A stretch of DNA of 63,277 nucleotides, the filler included, from Folioceros fuciformis (lineage: Eukaryota), in the NCBI GenBank assembly GCA_049999805.1. It is 10 parts of 10 records of this genome, joined end to end, with 100 filler letters (N's around TTAATTAATTAA, not from the genome) between each part and the next. Parts side by side here need not be neighbours in the genome. Positions count along the whole stretch, not along the records: positions 1 to 5,894 come from JBNGIO010000965.1; positions 5,995 to 11,452 come from JBNGIO010000966.1; 8 more parts are not named here. One strand, 5' to 3'. Made by a program: the position numbers and the translations under genes. Positions 1 to 11,552 of the stretch are shown here, one piece after another (the stretch's first letter is position 1; each line of letters begins with the position of its first letter). Under the pieces are notes generated by a model. The model was not told the DNA's origin. It ran no database searches and was given only the letters and a program-made list of their open reading frames with translations.

Positions 1-955
1 CTACTATGCCGAGCAAAAGGGCCAACCAAACCCACACTAGTTTTTTGGCCATGTGACGCAAGCCAGGTGCCGGATGCAGAATATTTTCGCATTCTTTTTG
101 AAATCCGGATGTTGACAGAGCTCCTTGTTAACAACAATCGAAAACCTGAATCCCACGAGGTATCACTTCCTCTTCCCACAGTTTCTATGGCAGGTGAGAG
201 GGATCATGTGAAGCTCCTATGTCGTCCCTTGTGAATAGAATCCGAGCACTTGTCGTAAGCAGGTATGTAAGTATGTACGGTACGTTTCCGTCCAAAGCTA
301 AGATACTCCTTATGGCAGTGTTGATTCAGATCCTCTGCAGGCACACTCATCTTAACTTGGATACTGAGCATATCAAGACGAGTCTACAAATGGCACGGTA
401 TCACTTCAGCATCTTGGAACATCGTGTTTCAGCCTTGCTTAGACTCTGAGGACGCTTCTGATGCGCCACCAGAGAATTCACCATTCGGGCTGCTGCACGC
501 CCTGACTCAGTGCAGATGTAGAAGGCATAATTTGATCTCCAACACGTTCACTGACATGTTTTTTACTCCAAATGGTGAGGAAGATTGTAAGCTCCACATT
601 GCTGAAACGCAGGCGCTTACACGCGAGTACCGTCGCCGCTGGTGGGATTCTCGATCTGAATCATGATTGTATCTTCCGTCTAAATTTTCTCGCACACAGT
701 TCAACCAGCCTGCAGAAGCTTCAACTCTGCAGTGTAAACAACCAGCTGCTCCGATGCTCGACATCAACCACCTTGAGACCGCCGTCCGATTATCCTTTCC
801 AGGCTTATCCTGGCTTCTACAACTTGGGAAGTGGAGAGCCGTCATTAGGGCTCATGCAATAAGATCATTTGTAGCTAGATGTGAAAGTTGGAGAGGTCCT
901 GCACAGGAGAGTGGGGAGTTCGAGAGTGGAGCGTGGTGATCTCGAAGCTCCTTGG

Positions 956-2143
956 ATGAAGCGACGAGGAACCAGTGGCGAGGACGACAGTGGAGGGGAC
1001 TCTGCTCCTTGTCCGAAGAAGTTGGCTCCCATCTTTGGTACTGTCAATTACGTGTGCAGCTTGACAAAAAACGTAGTTTGCGTCATTCTTGTCGGCTTGA
1101 ATGTGGATTGCTATAATCAATTTTGCTTCTCTCCAGTTGTCGAGGATGTACATATCTAAGTTCGTGCCTGCGCACTCGAAAGTGATGTGTGTGCCGGGCA
1201 TTTACGGACAGTCGCTGTCATGCATGCAGTGAAAGGTTCTGCTCGAGGGGTTAGCAACAGTAAAGAAGCAAGCGGAACTCCACAACGATCGGGCAGGAAT
1301 ATGTCAGATAAGGGGATGCCGTGGGCGCACGCCTTGCGAGAGATAGCTCTACGACCAGAAAAGCTTGAACAGAAAGTACTCGAGCTGACAGATGATGCAG
1401 TGCTTATTTCAGATGTTTATCCAAAGGTATGGGTGTCTACAATTTTTTTTGTAGTGCTACAGTCATAACCAATGATCTTTCTCAAGCTGAACTTCGTACC
1501 GAGGTGCTTGTGTTGCTGCAGGCGAGAAAGCACTACCTTGTCATAGCAAGGAAGGATGGTCTGGATGCTATATCTGATGTACGGAAAGAGGAGTTGCCAA
1601 TTCTGCAGCATATGCATGAGCTAGGGAAAGCGTGGGCAGAGTCTTGTTTGAAGGAGGATCCGTCTTTGGTCTTCCGTCTCGGATACCACTCGGTACTCAC
1701 AAACTGCGGAGCATCTTGCTTGTTAGTTGAAAGTGCTTTTAGGCTGCTTTTGGATCATTCTGGTTCTGATCATTCTTTTTGCTCTGTCTCGAATGTTCAC
1801 GCAGGTGCCTTCCATGCGTCAGCTTCATTTGCATGTGATAAGCCAAGATTTTGACTCCCCCAGTTTGAAGAACAAGAAGCACTGGAACTCCTTCACAACA
1901 AGTTTTTTTCGTGACTCAAAGGATGTGCTTGCTGAGATAGAGCAAAACGGCAGGGTTCAGCCGTGCAGTACGGAGGTTGCAGATGCAGTTAACAACGCCG
2001 AGCTGCGGTGCCACCGGTGCAAAAGCGTCCAGCGGAACATGCCTCAGCTGAAGAGCCACATAAAGAGCTGCAACAAGCCATTCCCAACCACTTTTGTACA
2101 AGACTTTTTCATCAGAGCAGCTTCCATGGATAGTCCGTCTTGA
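956..2143 (+). CDS. APTX: Aprataxin-like HIT hydrolase with C-terminal zinc finger; 4 exons (956-1037, 1230-1426, 1522-1692, 1805-2143)
   Basis: Spliced translation gives DVYPK|ARKHYLVIAR...FRLGYHS|VPSMRQLHLHVISQDFDSPSLKNKKHWNSFTTSFF...LRCHRCKS...LKSH, matching the aprataxin HIT and zinc-finger motifs. GT-AG borders are in phase. The start codon is tentative. Confidence 0.88.
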
Positions 2144-3082
2144 GATTGATTCTAAAGACGGAGATTTTTGGGATCTTTTCCAAGCTTTTCGGCTGAAACC
2201 GTCATCGGCAAGCTCTATATGACTTATCAAATATGCCTCAACTTTTATGAAAAGTCATGCGGCGCGATACAACAAGCCTTTAAAGCTTTATGTTCAACGT
2301 CTCGAATGGTACTGGGGGTCGAGATCTTGCAGACCTGTCGTCATGGGTTATTCTGAGTCATCTAAACTGGTGTCGCAACTTGCACAGTTCGCGATAATTC
2401 AGGGTGTCCTTGCACCTGGGGACCCCTTTACGTGTATATTATGGCCTGGGACATAACCTATTGTTTGGAAGAGAACATGCCGATGGTCAAAGATACTTCG
2501 CTGTTGCCCCCAACGAAAAGCAGGAAAGATACACAGTGGGTGCCCCACAAATGGAAAGGGCAGGGAGCCTCATGGAGGCCATGTTCTGAGGCAGATGGAC
2601 ACTCAGTCAGGTGCTGGGATTGTCACGTCCCAGGCGCCTGCTTTTTGTTATATGGCTCCGGGATCAGATAACTGATTCCGATAAGAGTAATAACCTTGGG
2701 CCAAGAAACTGACGAAAACTACAACTTGTAACAGATAGTTCAAAGAGCTGTGGCCTAATGAGGTCAGTTTTCTCCAATCCCTGATGTCTTTCCTATCGTG
2801 CTATCTTACCGTGCTGCAAAACTGTAGTACCTACGATACAATGTACAAGTGATACAGATGTGGACCTAGTTCAAGACATTGGCTGCAATGGTTCCCATCG
2901 CACGATCCGATCAAGAATTCCCGCTTCTACGACTTTTGAGGTGAGCACCGCTAGTAGGTTGGGAGTCCACGCATGAGAGATTCACTATCATATACCCGCT
3001 CTGAATGATGCTGGCCAGCCTTATTGCGAAAAAATATGTCGCTGATTTATTCCACAGCATCTGTGATGTGGTAATCACCAAA

Positions 3083-4877
3083 TCAGTCTGACTGGATGAG
3101 CTTTGTAGTCTCTTGGGGCTCGCTCTGCACCAGCCCCTGCTCTTCGTCATTGCAACCTTTTCGGACAACATCTAGCTCCTCGCTTGTGCCTCTCCCTGCC
3201 AGCACCTTTGCTCTCATGGCCTCCACTTCCCAGTCTGTGTGCAGGACAACATAGACTACGGAGGATGCGCATGCAAGCTGGGCTGCCAGCAGGCCGTACC
3301 ATAGGCCACTGAAGCCGATCTTAAACCAGAAGGCCAGGGCCACAGCCACAGGAGTGCCCAGGAAGTAGAAGGAGCCCAGATTGATGCGAGCACCCACGGC
3401 AGGCCGGGCGCTGCCCCTTAAGACGCCACAACCCGTCGTCTGGGGACAGTTTCCCAGCTCACACAAGCCCATGATTGGAAGCACTGCCGCCGTGAGTGCC
3501 AGCACGCTTTCATCTTTGGTGAAGACATGAGCCCATTTGTGCCGCAGAAGCGTGGTCCAAGTCACGCTCAACATGGCAATCACCAGGGCACACCCAAGAG
3601 CGACGAAGGCAGCTATCCTGGCCTTGGCTGGTCTGTTTGCTCCGAGCTCATTGCCCACCCTTGTGGACACAGAGGCGCTCAAGGTGAAGGGGAGCTGGTA
3701 CATGAGGGATGTGGTCTGAATTATGATGGCTGTGGTAGCCACGGCCACCTGCGGCTTGGGCAGATAGCCCGCCAGAATGGTCATGATCTCATACCACCAC
3801 CACTCCAAGCATATGGCACAGCAGGTCGGGAAAGCTAAGCTTAGGAGCGGCCACCATTCCCTCAGCGACTGCAAGGACCATCCATCCCACGTTTTCTTGT
3901 AGACGCCGGAGACCCACAGATATCCCAACGCAAAGAACACCATGTTGAAGTTGGTCCACACAGACGCAATTGCCACCCCGGGCACCCCGAGTTTGAGGAA
4001 GAAGACCAGGAAAGCACTCAGCGGAACATGGATGAGCACAGCCAGGGCAGAACACCACGTTAGCGGTGTGGTGATGCCCTGGGACCGCAGATATACTCTG
4101 AGAGGAAGCAGGATACTGTTGGCAAGGAGATCTGGCAACGAATAAAGACAGTAGGTGCTAGCCACTTCCGTGATGCTGGGATCCTGTCCAAGCGCGAGGA
4201 AGATCCGTTTAATGTTAACCCACAGGAAGGCGATGGGAAGGCAGGCGGAGAGCAGCATAAAAATAGTCCGCTGAAGAGTGAGTCCCAGGAGACGCCAGTT
4301 CTGAGAGCCGTACGCCTGGGAGCACACAGGGTCCATCCCTGAGGCCAGGCCGAAAAGCACCGAGTAGCCAGTAATATTGGTGAAGCCTAGTGATAGAGCT
4401 CCCCCTGCCAGCTGCAGAGCCCCAAGCCTCCCCAAGCACAAGACTGATATCATGGTCCTCAAATACACCACGCAGTTCATGGCTGCGACCGGCACCCCGA
4501 TGCCCGCCAGTTCCTTGAGCTCATCCAGAATCTGCAACAAGGACGGGGATTCAACACTTCATCCTCCAAAGCAGCGGCAAGCAGGCAGGCAAATTCAACG
4601 ACAGTGGCAGGATTACGGTACATTGTCAATCCTGAGTTTCAGGCCTGACAATGTTAAGGATTCGGCGGAAATCTCCGAGACATGAGCAGATTTCGCTTAC
4701 TCGCCACGGGCACGGGATTGAGGAGTGCAAAGCGCAGAAAGAGGCAGCAGGACAGCAAGCCTTGGCAAGGTTACGCACCTGAATGGGTGTGGGAAGCGAG
4801 CGCAAAGCGTCATACTCCTCCTCCTTCTTGTCGCGAGGCTTGCTGCTGACAGCTTGCAGATGTTGAGGGTTCCCCAT
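3083..4877 (-). CDS. MATE (DTX) efflux transporter; exon 1 4877-4779, exon 2 4531-3083
   Basis: The 485-aa ORF has MATE motifs ([65 protein letters not shown]). An upstream ATG exon joins in phase 0 via CAG|GTGCGT...TTGCAG|ATT. Confidence 0.95.
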
Positions 4878-5894
4878 TCATACGGAACCAGAGCGACGCC
4901 AATGACGAGTGAGTGAATCTTCCAGAAGGAGGTTGGGGACCTGGAGGGTAAGCGCGAGGCACAAACTCCAGACAGGTTCATGAATGGCCTGCAAGGGACC
5001 CAGATCCGCGACGCTCGGCCACCCCGGCGCCTGCTTCCTACAAGAATGCGGCGAGTCAAGAAGCGCAGGAGATTCAGAAGAGGGAGAAGCAAGAGGGTCC
5101 CGGCCCCGAAAGCGAGGTGCGGAGGTGCAGGCTGGGGCTGGTGCGAGGGGCAGTGCTCATTCTTGAAGAAGGCGCCACGAGTGCTTCAATGCTGTCCTTC
5201 GTGCAGCGGGTGCGGAGCAATAAGAGATTGGGAAGCGGAGGTGACTGAAGGGGGAGAGGAGTGGAGAGGAGAAGAGTGGACGCACATCTGCTGCTCAGCC
5301 TTTTACACTCACAACAGAGATAAACCACAGCAAGAGACAGGACAGGTGATCAGAGAGAGTCCGGGCAGTACAAAGGCGGAGTCCAGAGTCCACTCCGCTC
5401 CACTCCGGCCAGGCCAGCCAGCCAGGGACAGCGTAGCGGATGGAAATGAGGCGGATGGGACAAAGCGGGTAAAGAGGCGGAGACGGACAAAAGGAAAGCG
5501 GAAGGAGGGAGGGAGAAAAGAAAGACGGAAAGCAGCGGAGCAATTCACTTGGCCAATTTATTGCTGGTCCTCAGCTCATGAGCTCCGCTTTCCGGAAGTT
5601 GCAGTACAGATACCAGGCAGGCGAAACAACGGCTATCGATAAAGCCTTGAGCTGCAGCGGCAAGGCGAGGCGGGGCTGGGACTGGGAGGAGACCTTACAA
5701 TTCATCATTGTACAGGGCCCGGCCATGAAGTCGTCATTACAGTCCTTTCGCATCACACACACGCGCACACAGACACTCGCATAAATTTAAGGTCAGCCAG
5801 CCAGCCTGCAGCAGGACACTGGAAAAACCTCTAGTCAGGACTGCTGCCACACCACCAGCCCAGACGCAGGTCCAACGGCAGCGTGCTCCGCGCT

Positions 5895-5994
5895 NNNNNN
5901 NNNNNNNNNNNNNNNNNNNNNNNNNNNNNNNNNNNNNNTTAATTAATTAANNNNNNNNNNNNNNNNNNNNNNNNNNNNNNNNNNNNNNNNNNNN
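5895..5994. other. Artificial contig linker (N run, TTAATTAATTAA, N run). Same linker at 11453-11552, 21984-22083, 26665-26764, 32033-32132, 39220-39319, 53434-53533, 55652-55751, 61588-61687
   Basis: Identical 100-nt blocks whose core gives stop codons in all six frames. Confidence 0.98.
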
Positions 5995-7127
5995 TGACTA
6001 TGTAGTCCTTGTCCGCTTCGGTATTCCATAGAGGTTACCGCGCTGTAGAGGTAGACTCCTTTTTTTGCATAAGCTTACAGATACTAGTAGGTTGAAAAAA
6101 AGGCACCATGCTGATTTGTCTTTGCTCAAGTCATGAGCCACGCCCTGGTCCCCATACTCTTCTCTCGCAATGCCGCACTCCATTGTCTGCTCTGCGGAAA
6201 GTGTGTTTGTTGTTCCGGTCCTCTCTCGGGAACTCCGGTATTTTCACTTGGTCCGTGATGACAGCTTGCAGGTACGATATGGGTCGTTCATGGCTGCAAC
6301 CAACCGTTGCAAAGCCACAACTTCGAATGGACAAACTCCAATACGATCAAGACATTCCTCCTTCATTTCTCATTGCTACGGTTTGCTCGCTGGGCACAAT
6401 TTCTGGCCTAGGTACGTACTCTTGATTGGATTGGTTCGGAAATCATGTCGTCCGCGTGCGTCGGCGCAATGCTTTTGAAATCGAATCAAAGCTAGGTCTG
6501 TCTCTGTTCGAACCGTGCCCGAGCTGTGGCTCCTCCCGGAACAAAGTCCGATTTGGGTTTACCTCCGCGAATCGGAGCTCATACTCAATCGCTGGCTACA
6601 GACTTTTCCAAGGTCAGGTGAGCCCCCGTTCACACGCCGTGTCCAACATCGTGTTGAGCATTGTTCTCCGCAGCTTAAATCCGTTCTCACAATGCTTCGG
6701 AAGAAGTTAAGAGTACATGTAAACCTCCTCGGCCTCACCCTCTTCTAATACCAGACTCGCCCCTAAGCCACTTCTAATGTCAGAAACGCTACCAACGCAC
6801 ACTCTGCGATGAAACTTAAGCATGCTACTCAAAGGCTGGCTTATATAGGAATCAGCGGTGGAGGAGCAGTGGTGGCCCACTTTACTGCTATTATACTCCA
6901 GTCCTACTACCTAATGCATTAAAAAGGGCCGGGAAAGCAAGATGCCATTCAGGCTCGCCCAAGCCAGGTTTGTTCGCCCTCTTTTGCAGAGTTGTCAAAT
7001 AGTGTCGCTTGCAACTTGCCCAGCTTGTACCCAGTTGACAGAGACACAGGGCATGTACCACCTCACCCTCAACAATACCATAGCTAACTCTCTTTGACAT
7101 TGAAACACAACAGTGAGTCTCGTGACT

Positions 7128-10100
7128 TCATACAATGCTAGGAGCATCACCAGACCAGTAACACGTTGCTCGTTGCCATCTGGTGCGGATACAATCCACA
7201 AGGGGAGCATGCTGGGCAGGCGGCTCGTTTTGCTGAACCCCGCTCAGCTCTGGGCCCTCTTGTGCAGGAAGGGAATATACACTGCCTTTAGTGTCTTTCT
7301 GCATCTCCACCAAAACAAGAGGTTTCTGCTCCTCCATGTGTGAATCTGGAGTCCATTTGGGAGGGACAACCACTCTCAACTTTATCAACCTTGGTCTCGG
7401 CTGCACATCGTCACCTGCACCATTGGTGAACGTTTTCGCCATTCCGTTGAAGTGATAGAGCTCGAACTGCCTCCTTTGCAAAGCCGCAGGCGCCGCTTTT
7501 AGGCCCCCCTTGCTGTTGTCAATTTGGCATAAGGCTTGCCAGACATCGTTCCACACAACGATGTCACTGCTGCAAAGGTTGGCCAGCATGTCTTGAGGCA
7601 TCTCAATCTTCAGATCCGTGATTACCTGCTGAAGGTCTTCAGGACTGATGTATCCTCCGCCACCACTCTTATCATGTGCATAGAACGCTTGTCGGACCAC
7701 TGATTCCCTATCCTCCAGGTCGGATTCATCTTGAACGGTGGTAGAGAAGGCAAACAGAACCGTGTAGTGGGATTCACTACCTACTACCCAGATGGGCCAT
7801 TTTGGGCATTTCAGGTGCTGGCCAACTTTGCACAGATTTAACGACTCCATTAAAGTGAGGAACCCGACCTCCACATTTGCGGGTATTCCTTTCAGATTCA
7901 TGTCGCCTTCCAAATTCATGCTTCCATCAAAAACATTTGGCACAGCTTGCCCACAGAGAAGAAGGTTCACAATTTCCTGCAGCCACGGCACACAATCAGT
8001 CATCCGACTTAAAACATGAAAAGCTCAAAAAAGACTGGATCGCAGCAGTGACTACCATCAAGAATCTAAAGGCTGCCCAAATTTGCTGTGATGAGAGCGC
8101 AGACACGAAACCACATCCTCAACTCCAATAAAGAACTCTTAAAACAACATTCCACACAACAGACAGCTAATTGCTTCGGTTTCAAGTGACAGCACATAGA
8201 TTCTAAAGATCAACTAATGACACTCTGATACATGGTCACTACCACCACCGTTCTAGGACTTATACACTGCAAACTTTGCAGCAAAACCACTCATGGTCCT
8301 GAGCCGCACGCAGCCCCAGGACCCAGCAGCTTCTGGGTTCTATTCTAAGCCGTCACAAATACAACAGCAAGGACAATGGGAGGCACAAAGCCTACACCTG
8401 TAGCACAAACAAGCGCAGTCATCGCATGATGCACTGAAATATAATCTCTTCGTCAAGGATAACACTTGAAGTCGCGATTAGAGAAAGCACTCCAGATTTT
8501 TAAACCTGGTGCAGCAACAGTAGGACATTAGACTCGCACCTATGAAGGTTCTACAGGAATAGGCCGTTCGTTCTTACAAGTACCCTCCTCTTCTAGGGGA
8601 AGTAACTCCCGCAGCAGCAGGCAGCAACGACCTCAAGCCATAGGGTAGACACCAGGGATAGTAGCTTAACACATTTAGCACACCTGAGCTGCATGGCCAA
8701 AAGGTGGTGCAACCAAAGGCTGCTGATCCAGTGCCGGCTCATCACGATCTGCCTGAATGGCATCCTGCCAGTTTTGAAGACAAAGTGTTACAACAGAATG
8801 CAGTACAGAGCACAACGCTGTCAGCCCTGACAAGTTCAATGTCCTTCAACAAGCTGGATCATAATTGGCCTGTCTTCAAGAAACTCTTCAAAATAAAAAA
8901 AGTGCAAGTTTACATACCAAGCTTCTGGAGAGAAGGGCAGAAAACAGGAGGAGAAGAGCACCCATCCGACTTCGAAAAGCAGGTAGCAGTTTCTGAAGCT
9001 GTTGATGTAGAGAAGACAATGACATAACTGTGCAAACCCGTACAAACTTCTGCACCTTCAAAGGAGAGTCCAAAACTATGCCATCCAAAGCATTTGCAAA
9101 AGCCTGATGCAGAAGAGAAACCTTTCAGTACACCAAGTACCTCTAAAACACACAGCTATCGTATGCCCTTCCTTGCAGTCTAACATGCCTCCAACTGTAA
9201 ATGATCGGACACGAAGCAAAGCAGTGAAGATAAAACTGGCATATGTCAGGGGTCTTCAGTATAAAGGACCAGCCCATGCTCAAGTCACACCTCATCTTGT
9301 TCATCTTCCCTGGTCGAGTACTCAATATCAAAGCCAGGAATGTCCAAGACAGCTATAACAGCCTTTTTCTTGCTTCCAGCTCGCCACAACGTCTCTCCCA
9401 TCGCACAGACTAGCGCCCTGTAAAGAAGATGAGACATCCGGATGAAGAAACAGAGCCATGCCACCTATCCCAGTCTTAAGTGCTCTTGCGACCATTTTTT
9501 ACAGGTAACAGAGAGCAAGGTCCAGAAAATACCTTGTCTGCTTCTCATCAGAAAACACAAGCCTAGGATCAACTGGTTCCTTGTAGTTTTCATCGATGGC
9601 CACTGTCCCAATTTTTTTTCCATGGTCGATTTGCACCTTTGTGTCTGTCTCATCGTCAGTGGCGAACAAGAGATACTTCAAAATAAGTGCCTGCCAGCAC
9701 CACAGATCGACCATCAAACTGTGATGAGATCACCAGCACGGTGTACGAGCAGCTGCAACTTGATTGGCACAGCATATAACCTGTACAGGAGCAAGCACCC
9801 CACATGGTCCACCTTCTCGCTGTACCACTCCTAGTGATGTTTCTGGATCACGACTAAACCTGTCCCAATCAGCGTAAGGTGAGAAATTTCATACAAAGGG
9901 CTTGAAGAGTCCAAACATCCGCGTAAGCACTCGAGTCGCTAGCATCCCCTGCCATGCTCAGGCAAGCGGACATCCAGGGCATGATACCAGTACCTGAATC
10001 CTTGATTGCACCACTGAGCGAGCACCTGCGTGGGCGCCCTCGTGCCAAACACCATGGTATGAAGCTGTTCTGCCACACGGATCGGCAGCTGCTGCCGCTC

Positions 10101-10517
10101 ATCCTCAACCCTTCTCTTTCCCCTGACAGCCTTCTCCGGCGAGCCCTGCACAGCGCCTCCCATTACGGTATCTTGCAATTCTGCTGGAGATCTCGCTACG
10201 ACCCGTTCTTCCAACGCTGCGGCGACCTGCACGCCGATGTCTGCACCCCCTTTCTCCAGCAATCCAGAGGAGGAGGCGGACCGGGTCCCTAGCGCCACGA
10301 TCCTTCGCCGCTCGGCAGCCGCGGCGCGGAGCTCCCGCTGAAGATGCCGCTCTCTCATTTCATTCGACTCTATTGACTGCGGCATGGAAATCGGTACGCC
10401 ACTGGAAGGTGACTGAAAGCCAACAAAATCCCGAGGCCGGCTTCGCTTTGCATCTGGCGCGGGCTGCAGGCTCATGCGGAACGCCCTCTGCAGCTCCTCA
10501 TCATCGTGCTCCCCCAT
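7128..10517 (-). CDS. MINDY3: MINDY-3/4-type deubiquitinase (DUF4205/FAM188) with N-terminal UIM-like motif and EF-hand-like insert; multi-exon
   Basis: N-terminus MGEHDDEELQRAFRMSL. The exon at about 9859-9781 reads FSRDPETSLGVVQREGGPCGVLAPVQ (catalytic Cys). The last exon has VNLLLCGQAVPNVFDG, PIWVVGSESHYTVLF (catalytic His) and DCIRTRW. Confidence 0.88.
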
Positions 10518-11006
10518 ATGAACTGGCTCCCTTCCTCTTGCGACGAGCAGCTTGCAGTCCTTGCTGAACAACGGCGTCTCACATGCCAACGACGTCACAC
10601 GCTGCCTATCTGCATCCAGGTTGCAACCGAACACAATTCAAACAAGCTTGGTTTGCCCACCTGTCCGCATTCAGAGAATGCCAAATTCATCATACGCGTA
10701 TATACATATGTACTCACCACCTCGGCACGATGCTGATATAGAGGGCAGCACTCTACCAAGTACGAATCCAACATCCACATGCTGTGCGCCGATCTTCCGC
10801 AACCGTAGGCGGGCGCCGCCAGCCAATTCGCGTGCTCACGATCTGGTCTGCCCGGTGCAGGGTTTGTCAGAACGATGCCCCAAAAAAGGGACACCGAAGA
10901 CCAGGACGCCCTAAATCATCCACACATACAGAGAGGGAAAAAACAGCGTCACGAGACCGTGGTACTTGGAGGAGCTCGGCACCGGAATGTAATCGACGGC
11001 GGCAAG

Positions 11007-11452
11007 ATGGCCGCCTCCAAAGACCTTCTGCATCTGGAGCAGCCAGCTACTGCTCTAGGTTTGTTCCCGTTTCCTTGCCTTGCCGAAATGCTCTAATTGC
11101 TGCGTGTGCAACGCTGAATTGCTGGCTTACTTGTGGTCTGTGACGTCCCTGGCAGAGTCTCGATTGCGAGTGTGCGGCCCCAAGAACCGTTCCAGTGCTG
11201 TGGCTCTGGGCCCCTCTTCAGTTCTGAGTAGGGTGAGGGAATTTCTCCCCGTCCTGGCAGCAGCGAACACGAAGCTAGAATCAGACATTAGGGTGAGCAA
11301 GGAGGCTTTGGTTCGCTTTTCGTGTCCGTCTGTTCCTTACATTATTCCACAGAAGAAGTTGTTGCAGCCCTTGTGGACTTCAAATAAAATTCTTCTTCTT
11401 CTTCCTGATGTAGGAAAATGGCGCAGATAAGTATGATATCGAGGTGCTGACT
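11007..11452 (+). CDS. NOPCHAP1/C12orf45-like (DUF4598) protein, 5' part, cut by gap
   Basis: Exons read MAASKDLLHLEQPATAL / ESRLRVC...SSVLSRVREFLPVLAAANTKLESDIR / ENGADKYDIEVL, resembling the recalled DUF4598 pattern 'VL.R...FLP.L..AN..L......DIE'. Confidence 0.65.
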
Positions 11453-11552
11453 NNNNNNNNNNNNNNNNNNNNNNNNNNNNNNNNNNNNNNNNNNNNTTAA
11501 TTAATTAANNNNNNNNNNNNNNNNNNNNNNNNNNNNNNNNNNNNNNNNNNNN

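Noticed and set aside
4980-5642. 220-aa Arg-rich ORF
   Set aside because: It is antisense to the CT-rich MATE 5' region, low in complexity, and has no domain.
5939-5950. Recurrent TTAATTAATTAA palindrome
   Set aside because: It is always centred in 100-nt N blocks, so it is an assembly linker and not biological.
5995-6750. Possible 3' exons of an unknown gene after the gap
   Set aside because: Some splice-like signals are present but no identifiable product, so it cannot be supported.
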